A DNA stretch of 63,963 bases, filler included, from Atractiella rhizophila (taxonomy: Eukaryota), in NCBI GenBank assembly GCA_021432655.1. It is 4 parts of 4 records of this genome, joined end to end, with 100 filler letters (N's around TTAATTAATTAA, not from the genome) between each part and the next. Parts side by side here need not be neighbours in the genome. Positions count along the whole stretch, not along the records: positions 1 to 20,524 come from MU271832.1; positions 20,625 to 41,139 come from MU271833.1; 2 more parts are not named here. The stretch is one strand, 5' to 3'. Positions 10,224 through 21,895 of the stretch are shown here, one piece after another. Position 1 is the stretch's first letter; every line of letters starts with the position of its first letter. The position numbers were made by a program, and so were the translations under genes. The notes below the pieces were generated by a model that saw only the letters and a program-made list of their open reading frames with translations, was not told where the DNA came from and searched no databases.

Positions 10224-12517
10224 ATGAGCTCTCGAGCTCCGACTCCTCCACAATCGAGTCTAGTGCCCACTTCAAATCAACTAAAAGTAACGCCCCGACG
10301 TACCACCAGCCGCTCCAGCTTTCACAGTCAAGCTTCGCAGAGTGAAGGGGCGGATGAAGCGAAACTTTCTGCCGCTCGAGAAATGAAGGGACGCTTTGTC
10401 TACATGGATGTCGTGGCATTCTTGGACTTGTTACCGCCTGGTCCTGTCATGCCCGTACCGACAGTACCTCCAACCCTCTCCGACAATGAGAATTTCGAAC
10501 ATTATATCCCTTTTGTGAGTGTTGTTCCGTTATCACGACTCAGTAATCATGCGCATTTTCTTAGATCGACTATATGTCTTCATTCGTGGGGGATTGGAAA
10601 CTAGCGAACACGAGCCAGTCCAACGATGGCCGGTGCTTTGCCCCAGTGTTTGGGTCTGATCGTGGTAAACCGGATGTCACTCTTTACCATCCGTCGTCTG
10701 AAATCGAGCAGAGTGAAGAGGGTACCAAGGGTTACAAAGCCGACATGGTACGGGCAGAATTGTTTGGAGAATTCAAAGTCAAAAAGGAAAGCGATCCTTT
10801 AGAAGACACAGTTGAAGAGGGAACTGGCGCCAGAGGCATCGTAGAGACGGAGAGCCGGACAGGACAGAAGACACGCGGCCAGATCATCATCTACAGCACG
10901 ATGATTCTGTCGAGTCAACAACGAACTCGTGTTTTCTCGTTTTACGTGCGAGGTCACCACGCGAGATTGATCTGCCACTCACGAGCTGGCTTCCGAGTTA
11001 CGCATTCTTTCGATTACTCAAAGGATCCCTACCTTCAAGAGTTCTTCTGGAGATATACAAACTCCAACCGAGAGGCTCGTGGACACGACGTGACCTTCGT
11101 CCCAACCCCAACCGGTGAAGCGTCCGACCGCGCTCGAGAAGTGTTGAAGCTCAGCCCGAATGCACCTCTCTTTACGGTTTCAGTCGGAATGACAGGTGCA
11201 AATGCTAGACAGTTTTACGTTTCGACACCGTTTACGTACCGACATAACGTCCCAGTCGGTCGCGGAACGAGATGCTTTCGTGCATTTGATCCAGAAGGAG
11301 CTACTGACGAAGAACAGCGAGTTTTCTTGAAAGATACGTGGCGCAACGTCGGATACGCTAAGGCGGAAGGAGAAATCTACGAGCTGTTGAAAGAGAAAGG
11401 AGTACCGCACGTTCTGAAACCCGTCGCTCATGGTGATGTCCCTGGAATGCTGCAGCTCGCTTCTGCAGGGGAGAAATCTCTCCGTCACTATCGATTGGTT
11501 TTGGACAAGGTCGTCCGTCCGCTGTGGGAGTTCACATCAATGAAATGCTTGGTTCAAGCTCTCGCTGATGCTCTCGAAGGTATGAAAATTTCTTGAAAAC
11601 GCCAAGCTCTCATAGATCTGGCTGCTTTAGCTCATCAGAAAGCTTTCGATTCTTCCGGTGGTCAAGCTTCGATCCTTCATAGAGATATATCTGAAGGCAA
11701 CATTCTTTTTGACGACAACGGACGCGGTTTCCTTTGTGACTGGGAGTTGGCTAGGGTGGGGGAAGACACATCTGAGGCGAGTGAGCGAACAGTAAGTGTG
11801 GGTTGTTCAGTGCGAATGCCATTACTGACGGGTTGATAGGGAACGGAGGAGTTTATGTCCCTGCGTCTCCTAGAGAGCATGGCGCATGATTCGCCGATAC
11901 AGCATGAAGTACAGGACGACATGGAGTCCATCATCTATGTTCTTCTATGGACCACAGCATCGTATGCGCCTAGCGCCATGACCCCCGAGGAACGCGGACG
12001 ATTCCTCTCCAACTTTGATAGAGTGCCGTTCCACGAACTTTCTGCCTCGATCAAGGCTAGAAAGTCAGTGATTGGATCACAAAGGACCGTGGACGATCTC
12101 GAACTCACGACTGTGCTGGCATTCAAGGACATCCTAGAGGAAGTGATGACTGCCTTAAGACAATCCGTTCTTGGATTGAGTAGGGAGAAGAAGGAGAACA
12201 TCAGGTTGAGGTTGAAATTGGAGACGAAGTGGCCGTTTACAGAGGAAGAAGTCGAGGCTGTGGCTGTTCGCGAGGAAAAGAGGCTACGCGCTCAGATGGT
12301 GACGCACGACTGCTTACGAGAGATATTGCAGCGCTCGCTTCTGTCAGGAGACTGGGGAGATGAGAAGGATGAGGCTTGCGATCACGAGGTTAGGCGTCCT
12401 GGTCAGAAGATACAAAAGAGGAAGGGAAAGGAGTTACCATCCAGTCAAGCTTCCAAAAAATCGAGAGGGCCCGGATGTGGGAGCATTGTGAAGGTAGCTA
12501 AAGGGCTTTCAGAGTAA
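10224..12517 (+). CDS. Fungal-type protein kinase (FunK1 / Pkinase_fungal family), 4 exons
   Basis: Introns 10515-10564, 11580-11630 and 11792-11839 restore one frame. Motifs: 'GQIIIY...QQRTRVFS', 'GRGTRCF', 'FLKDTWR', 'EGEIY', 'HYRLVL', 'ILHRDISEGNIL', 'LCDWELA', 'RTGTEEFMS', 'HEVQDDMESIIYVLLW'. Confidence 0.93.
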
Positions 12518-12919
12518 TTTATGTTCAAAAAATGATCCCTCCATTTGTCACAATTGTGATGCGCTCCACAGACTTAACAGTTATACTTCCTTTGTGAAGG
12601 TTTGCGAACTTCTTTCCCGTTCACTTACAGCCGGATTGAACACTGGTTAGGTCTTACGATCAGTCCCTGGCCGTCTTGAGACCCATCTTTCCGACAGTGA
12701 CCTGCCACTGTCACTGCATCATGTCATCTTCCTCTTACAGCACATCTCTACCGTCATCCTCAACCATCTTACCTACAAAATACTGCTTGTACTCCACTAC
12801 GGACTTCTAGGAACTCTTAACCGAAGATATCAAAAATACCCAAGCGACTGAAGGGGTCGGTTAAAACATTCGAATATGCACTTGAATCAGGACCTTTCCA
12901 ACAACCTCTTCCTATCGGA

Positions 12920-13453
12920 GTGGAAGTAACACAAGGCGAAATACCGCTGACAGAGCCTACTTCTGCTGCTCCAGTGCCACTTTCTGATTACCCCCTTCAA
13001 CAGCAACTCACTTACCCCATTCAGTCTCCATATAACTTCCCTGCCAACCCGCCACACCCTATCCCACTGAACCCCAATCAGCAGCAGTTCGCATGTCGTC
13101 CTTCAGACGACGATCTCTCTCCTGCTGTGCAGGTGCAGTCACCATACGGCCACTCTGCTGTCACATACGATGATGCTGCACCTACACTTCCAGAGTACAA
13201 ACCGGAACCTTTTCCTCACTATATGTCGAGATGCAATCGCAGTACTTTGCATCCGTTGCTCTTCTATGAATGGACTGCTGCCGTGCCTGCTCGAAGGTAT
13301 TACGGTCTCCTGTTTCATTCTAGAGCTTCAAAGTTAGTCGATGCTGCAGTTGATTTACTTGTCGTTAGGGTACATTCTTTTTCTTTTTTGTGTCTCTTCA
13401 AAGTTCCCACATTTCACTTTGGAATGCTTCAGCTCTTGAGACTGGGACGGTAG
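12920..13453 (+). other. Pro/Gln/Tyr-rich open frame, possible gene fragment
   Basis: Low-complexity protein-like composition over ~100 codons. No clear start or recognisable domain. Confidence 0.25.
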
Positions 13454-14440
13454 CGTACAAACCCTATTTTTATTTTTAATACTTCATGTTGATCTCGGTT
13501 CATCCTGCCATCTCAGTTGAGTGGCAATTACTTGTTCTAGAATATTCTTACTTGGTCTCGTGTTTTCTGGTTTCTCACTATCTTACTTTTTCTTGAATGT
13601 TCTAGAATAATGTTTCTACAAGTATACAAAGGCTCAAAAAGGCGAAATAATAATCAGTGCAATTCCACAATCTCAACACTTCAATAACCATTTGATATGC
13701 TACAGGGGTAAAATCCTGAGAATATGGAAGAACATAGTGTGAAATTTATCGATCAAGTGATTTACATTTCAACACTTTATAGCTTCGAGGAGAGGAGACC
13801 GTAGGAACTACCGCCACTACAAGCGAAAGGCAAGTAAAGGAGGAGGAGGATGCATGAAATAACGAAGCTGAAAGACAAGAAGATTCTGGACTTTGGCAAG
13901 AATGTGCGAATATGGGCAGCGAAGTTCGTATCCAGCTGTGAAGCATGTGAAGATTGGCAGACAGGCAAACGAGGTCATCATGCAATTCGCCGAAAGAAGA
14001 GTAAGAGAACAACGAGAAACCGCAGAAGTGAAAAGCGTGATGGTCACTCGCATGTTTCAGGGAGGCGAAGGCTCGTGAGCAGCAGCGCTGGTTTGCAGAC
14101 TCAGATTTGCTACACGGTTTGAACCGGCTGCGGGCGTTCGACAAGGGAGTCCAAATATGATGGGTACTGTCCAACTGACGCGGTCAGCATAACCAAAGAG
14201 ATGATGAGGTGACAACAAGAAGCGAACGGAATACCGAGTGTTTGGCAGAACGGTCCAATGGGTAACATACTGCGACATGTACATGGAAGCAATCATCATC
14301 TCATCCCAGAAAAGAGAAAGGAAGTATGGAGGGAAGAAATTGGCAAAGGAAACGCCAGCAGGAGCTTGTAATCGACTGTTGCAACGAAAGTCCCGTCCAA
14401 CAAACGATCTGTATCCCCAATATGAGATACGAACCTGTGT

Positions 14441-15743
14441 CATCAGCAAATTCCCTGGCGCTATAGCGTCTATCCTAGGAACACCATATAGACCGTTCCT
14501 AGCAGCTCCTAGCAGCCCCTATGGACCTTTGGGACCCTATGGCAAACTTCTAAAACCGACCTTCCACAAACTTTAACACCACCCATGACTCCAGAGTGAC
14601 TCACCGCATTTCCCAATTATTGCCTAAGGGGTCAAAGCGGATTAGGGGCTCTTCGCTCGTCCAAATTTTTTTACAAGTTCATCCAGTGTGAATCTCAATC
14701 ACCTCATTCTCAAGATCTGCCTGCATTCTGCCTGCACAGATTTCCTCAAACTGTCTCCACTCTCCCTTCCTACGAGCCTTCTCCCCGCCTCCAACCCTCC
14801 CAGACATGATGTCCTCCAAGCTACTGGCCACGTCACCCACCCATCTCGTGCTCTGACCCGGTGTCTCAATGGCAACAAAGACAGGAGTCTCGGTCAATCT
14901 GAAGGGAGCTGGATTATGTAGAGTGATAAGAGCGGTGATATTACTGAGAAGGGTAAGTGGTTGATTTCTTCGGCATACCGTCATGGGTGGGATTTGTCAT
15001 GCTCTCAATCAATCCTGCACTGATACTTCGTTTAGCTCACATCTCCTGCCCATCCTCCCCATAACGGCACCTCAATTATCTGCAGTATTCTTGTTGCACA
15101 ACTACCCTATCGCAGCTTACGACTCGCCAGTTCCTCACTTGGATTCATAGTATTGTTCTGTCTCACATCATGAGGTGAAGGACTGGTCGGCTTTCACTTG
15201 TCTATTTTGAGTTGAATGTGCACAGGTCAGGAAGGACTCCAGGGAATCAACAGATGGTCATTGAGCGAATTTAACTGTTCAAGCGGCTGTCATGGAGTTG
15301 GGTATGCTCATCATACTATTGGTGGTCCTAATGTGAGTTCTATCTACATCCCTCTTAACTCACATTTACCTCTAAGCGATGACGGTCTCTTAGGCATTAA
15401 AGTGGTCATTTGTAGGCTCGTTAGCAGTGATTGGATGTGATAAGACAGAGCAGACAAGTGATCCGGTTCCTACAGCACATGATAGTGTATGCTATAGTAG
15501 TTTTGCTGATTAATATAGTGGGGTTTATTGCATTATATATATGTCACAAAGCATGGGAAGGCAGCCTACAAACGAAATGAGAGAGCAAACAAGGTGACTC
15601 ACCCATTGCGTGATGGCCCCATAGCGCGATAGCAGCACTCCTAGCTGTCTAGGATAGAGCCCAGGTGACAAAAACCCTATGAGCTTCTATGAGCTATCAT
15701 AGCGCCTATAGCTCCATAGACGACCATCCGAAAAGTGCTGATG
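14441..15743. mobile_element. Non-autonomous CMC/EnSpm-like element, 1303 bp, TIR CATCAGCA, 2-bp TSD GT
   Basis: ...ctgtGT|CATCAGCAaatt at 14441 and aaagTGCTGATG|GTacc at 15743. CTATAG/CTAGC-rich subterminal repeats at both ends. The right end is nearly identical to the end adjoining the Tnp2 transposase at 20431. Confidence 0.85.
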
Positions 15744-15883
15744 GTACCAGACAGCATAAGCGGAAGCAGGTATACACGGGGAGATCTAGCGCCGCTAATA
15801 TTGGACTGGTAGGCTGAAAAATGAACGTTTTGCATCTGTATTGTTGGGCAGCATCTTTTCATCTGGAGGCCGAACGAGAGAGA

Positions 15884-16049
15884 ATAACCTTTCGTACGAG
15901 AGAAATAACCTTTCATACCGGAGAAATAAACTTTCGTATGAAAGAAATAACATTTCATATGAGAGGGTCAAACCGTCGTACGAGACGCCATAACCTTTCG
16001 TACGAGAAAACATAACCTTTCATATAAAAAAATATAACCTTTCGCACGG
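15884..16049. repeat. Tandem array of ~8 copies of a 21-22 bp unit ATAACCTTTCGTACGAGAGAA
   Basis: Units are directly visible and abut with no unique spacers. Probably subterminal repeats of the element ending at 16359. Confidence 0.9.
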
Positions 16050-16129
16050 TCTGAAAGGGCATTTAACAAGCTTAGCACTTCATTATTATTTATGACGAAG
16101 ATTGCGAAGCTACAAGGAGCTGAGCAGGA

Positions 16130-16359
16130 TGGGAAATGATCGGGATACGAATCCGGCGTCAGGGGACGGATCAAGGAGACGCTCCTCGTACAAAAGTGTA
16201 ACTTTCTGCGGGACAGCGTAAGATCACGATGCCTGTGTAGCTCGTACGAAATGATCACGGCGAAATGATTCGGAAAATACGATATCCTCTCGGCCGAAAG
16301 GATCAGGAAACTATCCTCTTGTGCGAAAGGATCGGGAAAGCGATCAAATCTCTGCCCTA
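16130..16359. mobile_element. Terminal region of a further DNA transposon (hAT-like TAGGG terminus)
   Basis: Repeated GATC-core motifs (GGATCAGG/GGATCGGG/ATGATC) ending ...ATCTCTGCCCTA (rc TAGGGCAGAG). The partner end was not found. Confidence 0.5.
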
Positions 16360-17845
16360 CTTAAGGTAGTATGTCTTCGCTTTCTCTCTCTCAGCAATCA
16401 CCGTTGACTGGATAACCATCATCGTGTGACTCCTACATTCCCTCAGTTCGCCCGCTGTGAACAGACGCGGCCAGTTTTTTGAAGACACTGGTTTTCCGGA
16501 GTTGGAAAGAACCTAGGAGAGGCAGGTAAACTTGAGATAAAACCAGGCAAAGGAGCGGGATGATCACGTCTGGTTTTTTACCGGTGAAGAAGCAGGTCTT
16601 TTACTGGAGAGCTGGTTATTGAAGCAACTTGCAGTTTCAGTGAATCTGCTGGACACTTTGCAACCCTCTGCACCTAGACCAACGACAACCATTGCCCATG
16701 CCACTGGTCGCTCACTTAGCATGACTCGCCATGACTCCTATATGGACAAATGATTTGCTTCCGTATGGGAGTCATGTTTCCCAATCAGTAAACTTGTTAA
16801 ACACCTATATGAGTGCCTCCATTTGCACAGGATCAAAATGTACTCACAGCAACACAAGTTGCGCTTCTAGTGAGCTCCTTACGCTTCCATCCATCATATC
16901 AATCACAAGTTGTGATGATGCTCGCCTCTTGCATCGGAGAGGCAAGTACGAGTGCAGCTGTTTGAATATTGACTACTTTGCTTCCTCTCGATTGAGATCA
17001 GATACACGTACCTCAGCCAGATCCCAAGCTTGGCATCTTCAGCATATGCCTTCTCCCACTCATCCGCCTTGTGCCGCCACTTGAGGAGATTCGTCACTTC
17101 CCTGGGATCGAAAGGGACCATGAGGCTGTTCTTGGGACTACTGGGGATGGAGACCGTTTTCTTGCTCGAGGAGTGGACAAGACGGGGCCGTGATGGATGG
17201 GAGAGAGCAAAGATCCCCTGAGGCTGGAAACACAAATGCGGAAAGAGAAATGGTTGCAGCATTGCCCTGCACTTCCTGGAGAGCGAAATATTGGTGCGTG
17301 GTGCGTTGATGTCCAGGTGAGGCTTTTCGGATACTGCCTAAGTTTGACCTCAGTAGGCACTACATTTGCAGCTCCAAAGCAGACCTTTTTCACCTTGTTA
17401 AGACGCAGTACCTCGGCAGTGCTCCAAGCATTGAATTATTGGTGCGCAAAGCAGCCATTTGGTAGTGTTCTGATTTCAGCGAAAATCCAACTGCTTGCAA
17501 ATTGGGCGTGTAAAGAGATCGAGTGAGCACGGCCATTGCCCACATCGCACTAGTGCTGAAATGGGTATTCAGGCACTTGAACTGCATCCGCCAGTCGTTC
17601 TTTCATGTCGCTCGCTCCCTTCACACTGACACCTTCTCTTTCCTTTCGCACAGTAATCATTCCTCACTCATGCCACATTCAACATACCCTCTTCTTCAAT
17701 CTAGGCATGGAAATTTGGTACAAAGAGGAGTGTGGAAATGGAATCAAGGTGGATATGTTGGCAGATGTATGCAAAAAGGATTATTTGATAGTCAATCTAT
17801 TCATTGCTTCGGCACACAATAAAAACATGAACTCATGTGAGCAGC

Positions 17846-20431
17846 TCAATCATCAACTGGCTCCCAATCTGCAAGCAGGGTCATATGCTTCCAAGCAATG
17901 CCGTATCTCTGCTGCCTTACAGTCTGCCGTGTGTCCTCCCAATCTTCATCGAACTGGCTGCTCCATTCTTCCATATCATCTTCTTCTCCTTCGAACTCAG
18001 CGCTTGCTTCTAACAGCTGCTCATCGATAGGAAAGATAGAAATAAGACCTTTAATTGTACCAATGTCAATGAATCGATTATACCCAGGCATCTCATCGGA
18101 AAAGCGGCAGGAAAGATTGGCTCGCTCAACCTCTCCTCTCAGATCATCTGCAACTGTAACATATGCGAGCTGGAAGAAGTCGTCCTTGAACCGACAAGTG
18201 AGGTAGAATTGCACGACACCAAAATATGTATGCAGTTCACTGCTTTTCCTGTCTGGATTAGTGAACTGATCGGTTTCACGATATCAGAACCAGTTGTGCT
18301 GAGACAACAGTCACTCACTGCGATGCAAGTTGCACTTCTAGTGAGCTCCTTTCGCTTCCATCCAGACTCCACCCACATAGAGCGAATGGTTTGTTCATTT
18401 TTCATCAACTTGAGGTTTCCCCATCTAACAATCTCCCTCAGTTTGCCGAATGATACTTCAGTTTCCTCAAAAGATGACTTAGTTGAGTCGACTGACATGT
18501 TAGAGCAAGTGCTGTCTTCGGTGTCGCTACATGAAGATACATTCGAGCCGAGATCTTCGTCAACAAGGCCAACAAAATCTTGCCTGTTGTACTGCCAGTA
18601 AATGAACCGGACTCTCGAATTGAGTTATCCAAAGATGGGCTTGGTTCTCTCTTGACAGTTAAAAAGCGAGAGTCATCGAAATTGCTCTTCTCAAAGGCAA
18701 CACGAGATGTGATAGCTCTCTTTGGATAGGACAAAGCCAGCTGATGATGTTTACTCGTTCCCGATGAAGCATGAGGCGCGCTAAATTGGCTGTATACTGA
18801 GTGACATTTTGAAGACATTGAACCATTTGACCAATCAAGCATTTCATTGGATACTGCCAATACACCCAGACAGGACCCATTTGCAAAATACAGTCATAGA
18901 CATGTAAGAGGCGATGGAGAGCCATGCGACACATCTTGATGCGCTTGATCTTCCGCTGATAATATAGTTGCATGAACTCGTCATGAAACTCCTCAAAGAG
19001 GCGCTTCATCTCAAGCAACTTCTGGCGAGTAATCTATCTCTGGCAGGCAAGTGTTACGGCTTTGACAAACTTAAGCCAGTGATCCAGATATTTCGGGGGC
19101 AAGAAATAACGCAAAAATTGGCAAGACCAGACAAAGCACCATTGCGCCCAATCCTTATTCTTGTAGGAAGTCCAAGAAGTATGAATATTGCCTGGACGTT
19201 CCCCAAATGCTGCTGGCCAAAAGCGAGAGGCATTCTCCATTAATATGCCTATGCAGAGACTGTCAGATTCATATATTATAACGACAGATGAACACCTACC
19301 AATCTTCTCCCAGCTTTCGTCAGGGATAACAAGGTCTTCAGTGCCATTCAAACCCATCTGGTCATCACCGCACCAAATTTTGAACATAAAAAGTGTGACA
19401 AGTTGAAAAACAGGTGCATGGCATCGATTGGAAAGAAATAAGGCCAGGTAAAAGTATCGAAACTTGCAAAAGGAGTTTTTCGTACAATTCCAAACTTGGT
19501 GGTAAGCTTTGTTGTCTCCTCTGGAGATTTCGCCAGTAACAGTTGTGTCATTTCTCGCCCGTAGGTATTGTCTGTACGCAAAGGAGGTGGTGAATCTCGT
19601 GAATACTGCTGTCGACGAATCTTTTTCTTCCTTCGCCTCGTTGTCCCAAATTCAAAGTCATTGATAGGATTTTCAAAAGCGTAGTAGTAACCACTCTTTC
19701 CGTAATAACCAATAAGGTAGCAAAAGCTACAACCACACCTGCCTCGTGGTCCCACTGTACAAGCGAATTTTGAGCTTCCCTGCATATCAGCAGCTCCTAA
19801 GAGAAGGTATACATGACAGCTAAACCATTCTCTCTTCTTCTCGTCCCAGATACGAACACCTTCCGTCTCAAGCTTTCTTAATTCTTCCAATGGCTCCTGA
19901 AGAAAAGTAAAGATATCCTTGGGGTTATTCGGCGCAGGAATAATGGAGACAAGAATCATGTTGTGCTTCTTAACTTGCTCTTCAGGAGACAAGTTCAAAT
20001 TCAACAACATGACAAGCCAAGCATCAGAATGCTTGTCACGAAAGATTTGAGCTCCATCAGACGAGAAAAGCAAGGCAACATCTCGGTCATCTGTGAAAAG
20101 CCTTTCAAGTAGCCTCTTGTAATTTACGGAATCAATGTAGTCCTCAATAGGTTTATCGGCATTTGATCGCATTGCTGCAGTTGCCCTCACACAATACAGC
20201 ATGGCTTCTGTGTGAAATGTAGCACGGTACATTGCTTGAATACGAGGAGCGACAGGAAGCCAAATAAAGGTCTTGCGAGGAAGTTTCTTTCCATTCGCCA
20301 AATGTCGTTCATCATATCTTGTTTCACCACAATGAGGTAGGATAGAGCCCAGGTGACAAAAACCCTATGAGCTCCTATGAGCTATCATAGCGCCTATAGC
20401 TCCATAGACGACCATCCGAAAAGTGCTGATG
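17846..20431 (-). mobile_element. CACTA/EnSpm (Tnp2, Transposase_21-like) element remnant with internal 5' deletion
   Basis: A 94-bp terminus (20338-20431) is joined directly to 'PHCGETRY'. Then 'FSSDGAQIF', 'LNLNLSPE', 'IIPAPNNPKD', 'AADMQG...GCSFC', 'PIDAMHLF', 'HRLLHVYDCILQMGPVWVYWQYPM'. Several disruptions. Further decayed element sequence probably extends to ~16400. Confidence 0.9.
20338..20431. repeat. 94-bp direct repeat of 15650-15743 (element terminus)
   Basis: One mismatch seen between copies (CTTCTA vs CTCCTA). Both end in TGCTGATG. Confidence 0.95.
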
Positions 20432-20524
20432 TACTCAATCCATCTTCTGGAGAAAAGGCAAGATTCATGGTAAAGATTGTTATGCCTAATATACATGTAA
20501 TTGATTCCTTCACTAGTAAAACAA

Positions 20525-20624
20525 NNNNNNNNNNNNNNNNNNNNNNNNNNNNNNNNNNNNNNNNNNNNTTAATTAATTAANNNNNNNNNNNNNNNNNNNN
20601 NNNNNNNNNNNNNNNNNNNNNNNN
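20525..20624. other. Artificial contig spacer
   Basis: N44-TTAATTAATTAA-N44 (six-frame stop linker). Confidence 0.98.
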
Positions 20625-21187
20625 TCAAGGAAATCGCGACAAAGGGGAAGGAGCAAGAGCCCAGAGAGAGGGAAGGATCTGATTGATCGGATTGGTTGAT
20701 AATACACTCGATGATTACACGCGGTTTGTTTATGTGAAAAAGACTACAAGGTTGATGTGGAATTTATTATTCTTACTCCCAACGGGACGATGGCGCAAGT
20801 GGATCTTCTTGTATCTACCGGATAATGTGCCCGGTGACTCGCAGTGATGAGTCGGACGCCTTCGCTGTTGTACAGCCATTGTGAAGAAGCTGTATAAGAG
20901 GGAACGTTGGATTGGGTTCGACTACCCAGGACTATCGCCTGGTAGTAGTCAGTACATTTCCCTCTTGATTTCCAGGACGGTCTGTTGACTAGTCTCTTAG
21001 TATTACAAGCCCGTAGCTCGTAGCTCGAGGAACTTGTTTGGGACCTCACTTTCCAGTGCATTGTAAAGCGAACGCTCACATTTCAACCAAGGTTTGCCGT
21101 TTCAGGCCATAACTGCTCCCTAGTTCTAAGTGATTTGACGACGTTTTGCCCTGATGTTTGCCAGGTAGCCAGCTAGACGATTCGAAT

Positions 21188-21895
21188 ATGCACACAGGAC
21201 GAACTTTGGACGGTTCGGCGGAAGATCTTTGGACTCCAGCCACGCGCAAGGTTGACTTCAGCGATGAAGCGCCAATTGTGACCGTTAGCACTCTGTTACG
21301 ACATGCCTTCTTGGTCAACCCCTCCTCCACATCTTCCGAAACGCTGCTGGATTACGTTCGTGCCGCCTCCCACCTCTCCCCTTCGGAACGAGAGGCTGCA
21401 GAAGTCGTCGCTTCCACGGAGGATTTGCAGACAGAGTGGCGTAAGGAGGGATACGAGATGTGGAAACATGTCTTCAATGACGTCGCTGGATTCTTGAGCG
21501 AAGTCGGCGGCGACACTGGCCATTTTCACGCTGAAATGGACGACGCGCTGGAAACCCTTCCGTTGAGGTTCGGTGAACCCATCGAAAAGACATGGGAGGA
21601 AAAGGTACTTGTTATCCCTGCGTTTTTGGGGAAAGATGTGACTGTCAAGATCCTCAAAGAAGAAGGAAAGGATGCGGAATGGGGCAAGTTTGGGAAAGAA
21701 GATCTAAAGACGATCCTTTATTTTCGAAATGGCGTGAAGGTCGTTTTCGAGGCGGTAGTGGACTCAGATGTGGAAGAAGGAAACAAGATGGAGGGATTAG
21801 CCGCTTTGTTGATACTGGGGAAACTGTGTAGACATGGAGAAGGAGCTGCCGAAATTTCTGAAAGCGGTACTGAACCAGGGTCTCAAACGGGATAA
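21188..21895 (+). CDS. Hypothetical acidic protein
   Basis: Open frame of ~235 codons from ATG 21188 with protein-like composition. No recognised motif. May have upstream exons. Confidence 0.55.
   Translation: MHTGRTLDGSAEDLWTPATRKVDFSDEAPIVTVSTLLRHAFLVNPSSTSSETLLDYVRAASHLSPSEREAAEVVASTEDLQTEWRKEGYEMWKHVFNDVAGFLSEVGGDTGHFHAEMDDALETLPLRFGEPIEKTWEEKVLVIPAFLGKDVTVKILKEEGKDAEWGKFGKEDLKTILYFRNGVKVVFEAVVDSDVEEGNKMEGLAALLILGKLCRHGEGAAEISESGTEPGSQTG

Noticed and set aside
15884..16049. CRISPR-like array
   Set aside because: Units abut without unique spacers, there are no cas genes and the context is eukaryotic. It is a minisatellite or subterminal repeat.
9771..16359. One composite transposon carrying the FunK1 kinase
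   Set aside because: The termini (CAAGGTCGG vs TAGGGCAGA) do not match and the flanks (CAACGTAG vs CTTAAGGT) show no TSD.
15650..20431. 94-bp direct repeats as LTRs of a retroelement
   Set aside because: No TG...CA ends, PBS or RT. They are same-side termini of two CMC-type DNA elements.
20525..20624. TTAATTAATTAA palindrome recurring three times
   Set aside because: Assembly linker inside N runs (also at 41140 and 61623). ORFs ending in X..LIN are artefacts, and gene linkage across the spacers cannot be assumed.
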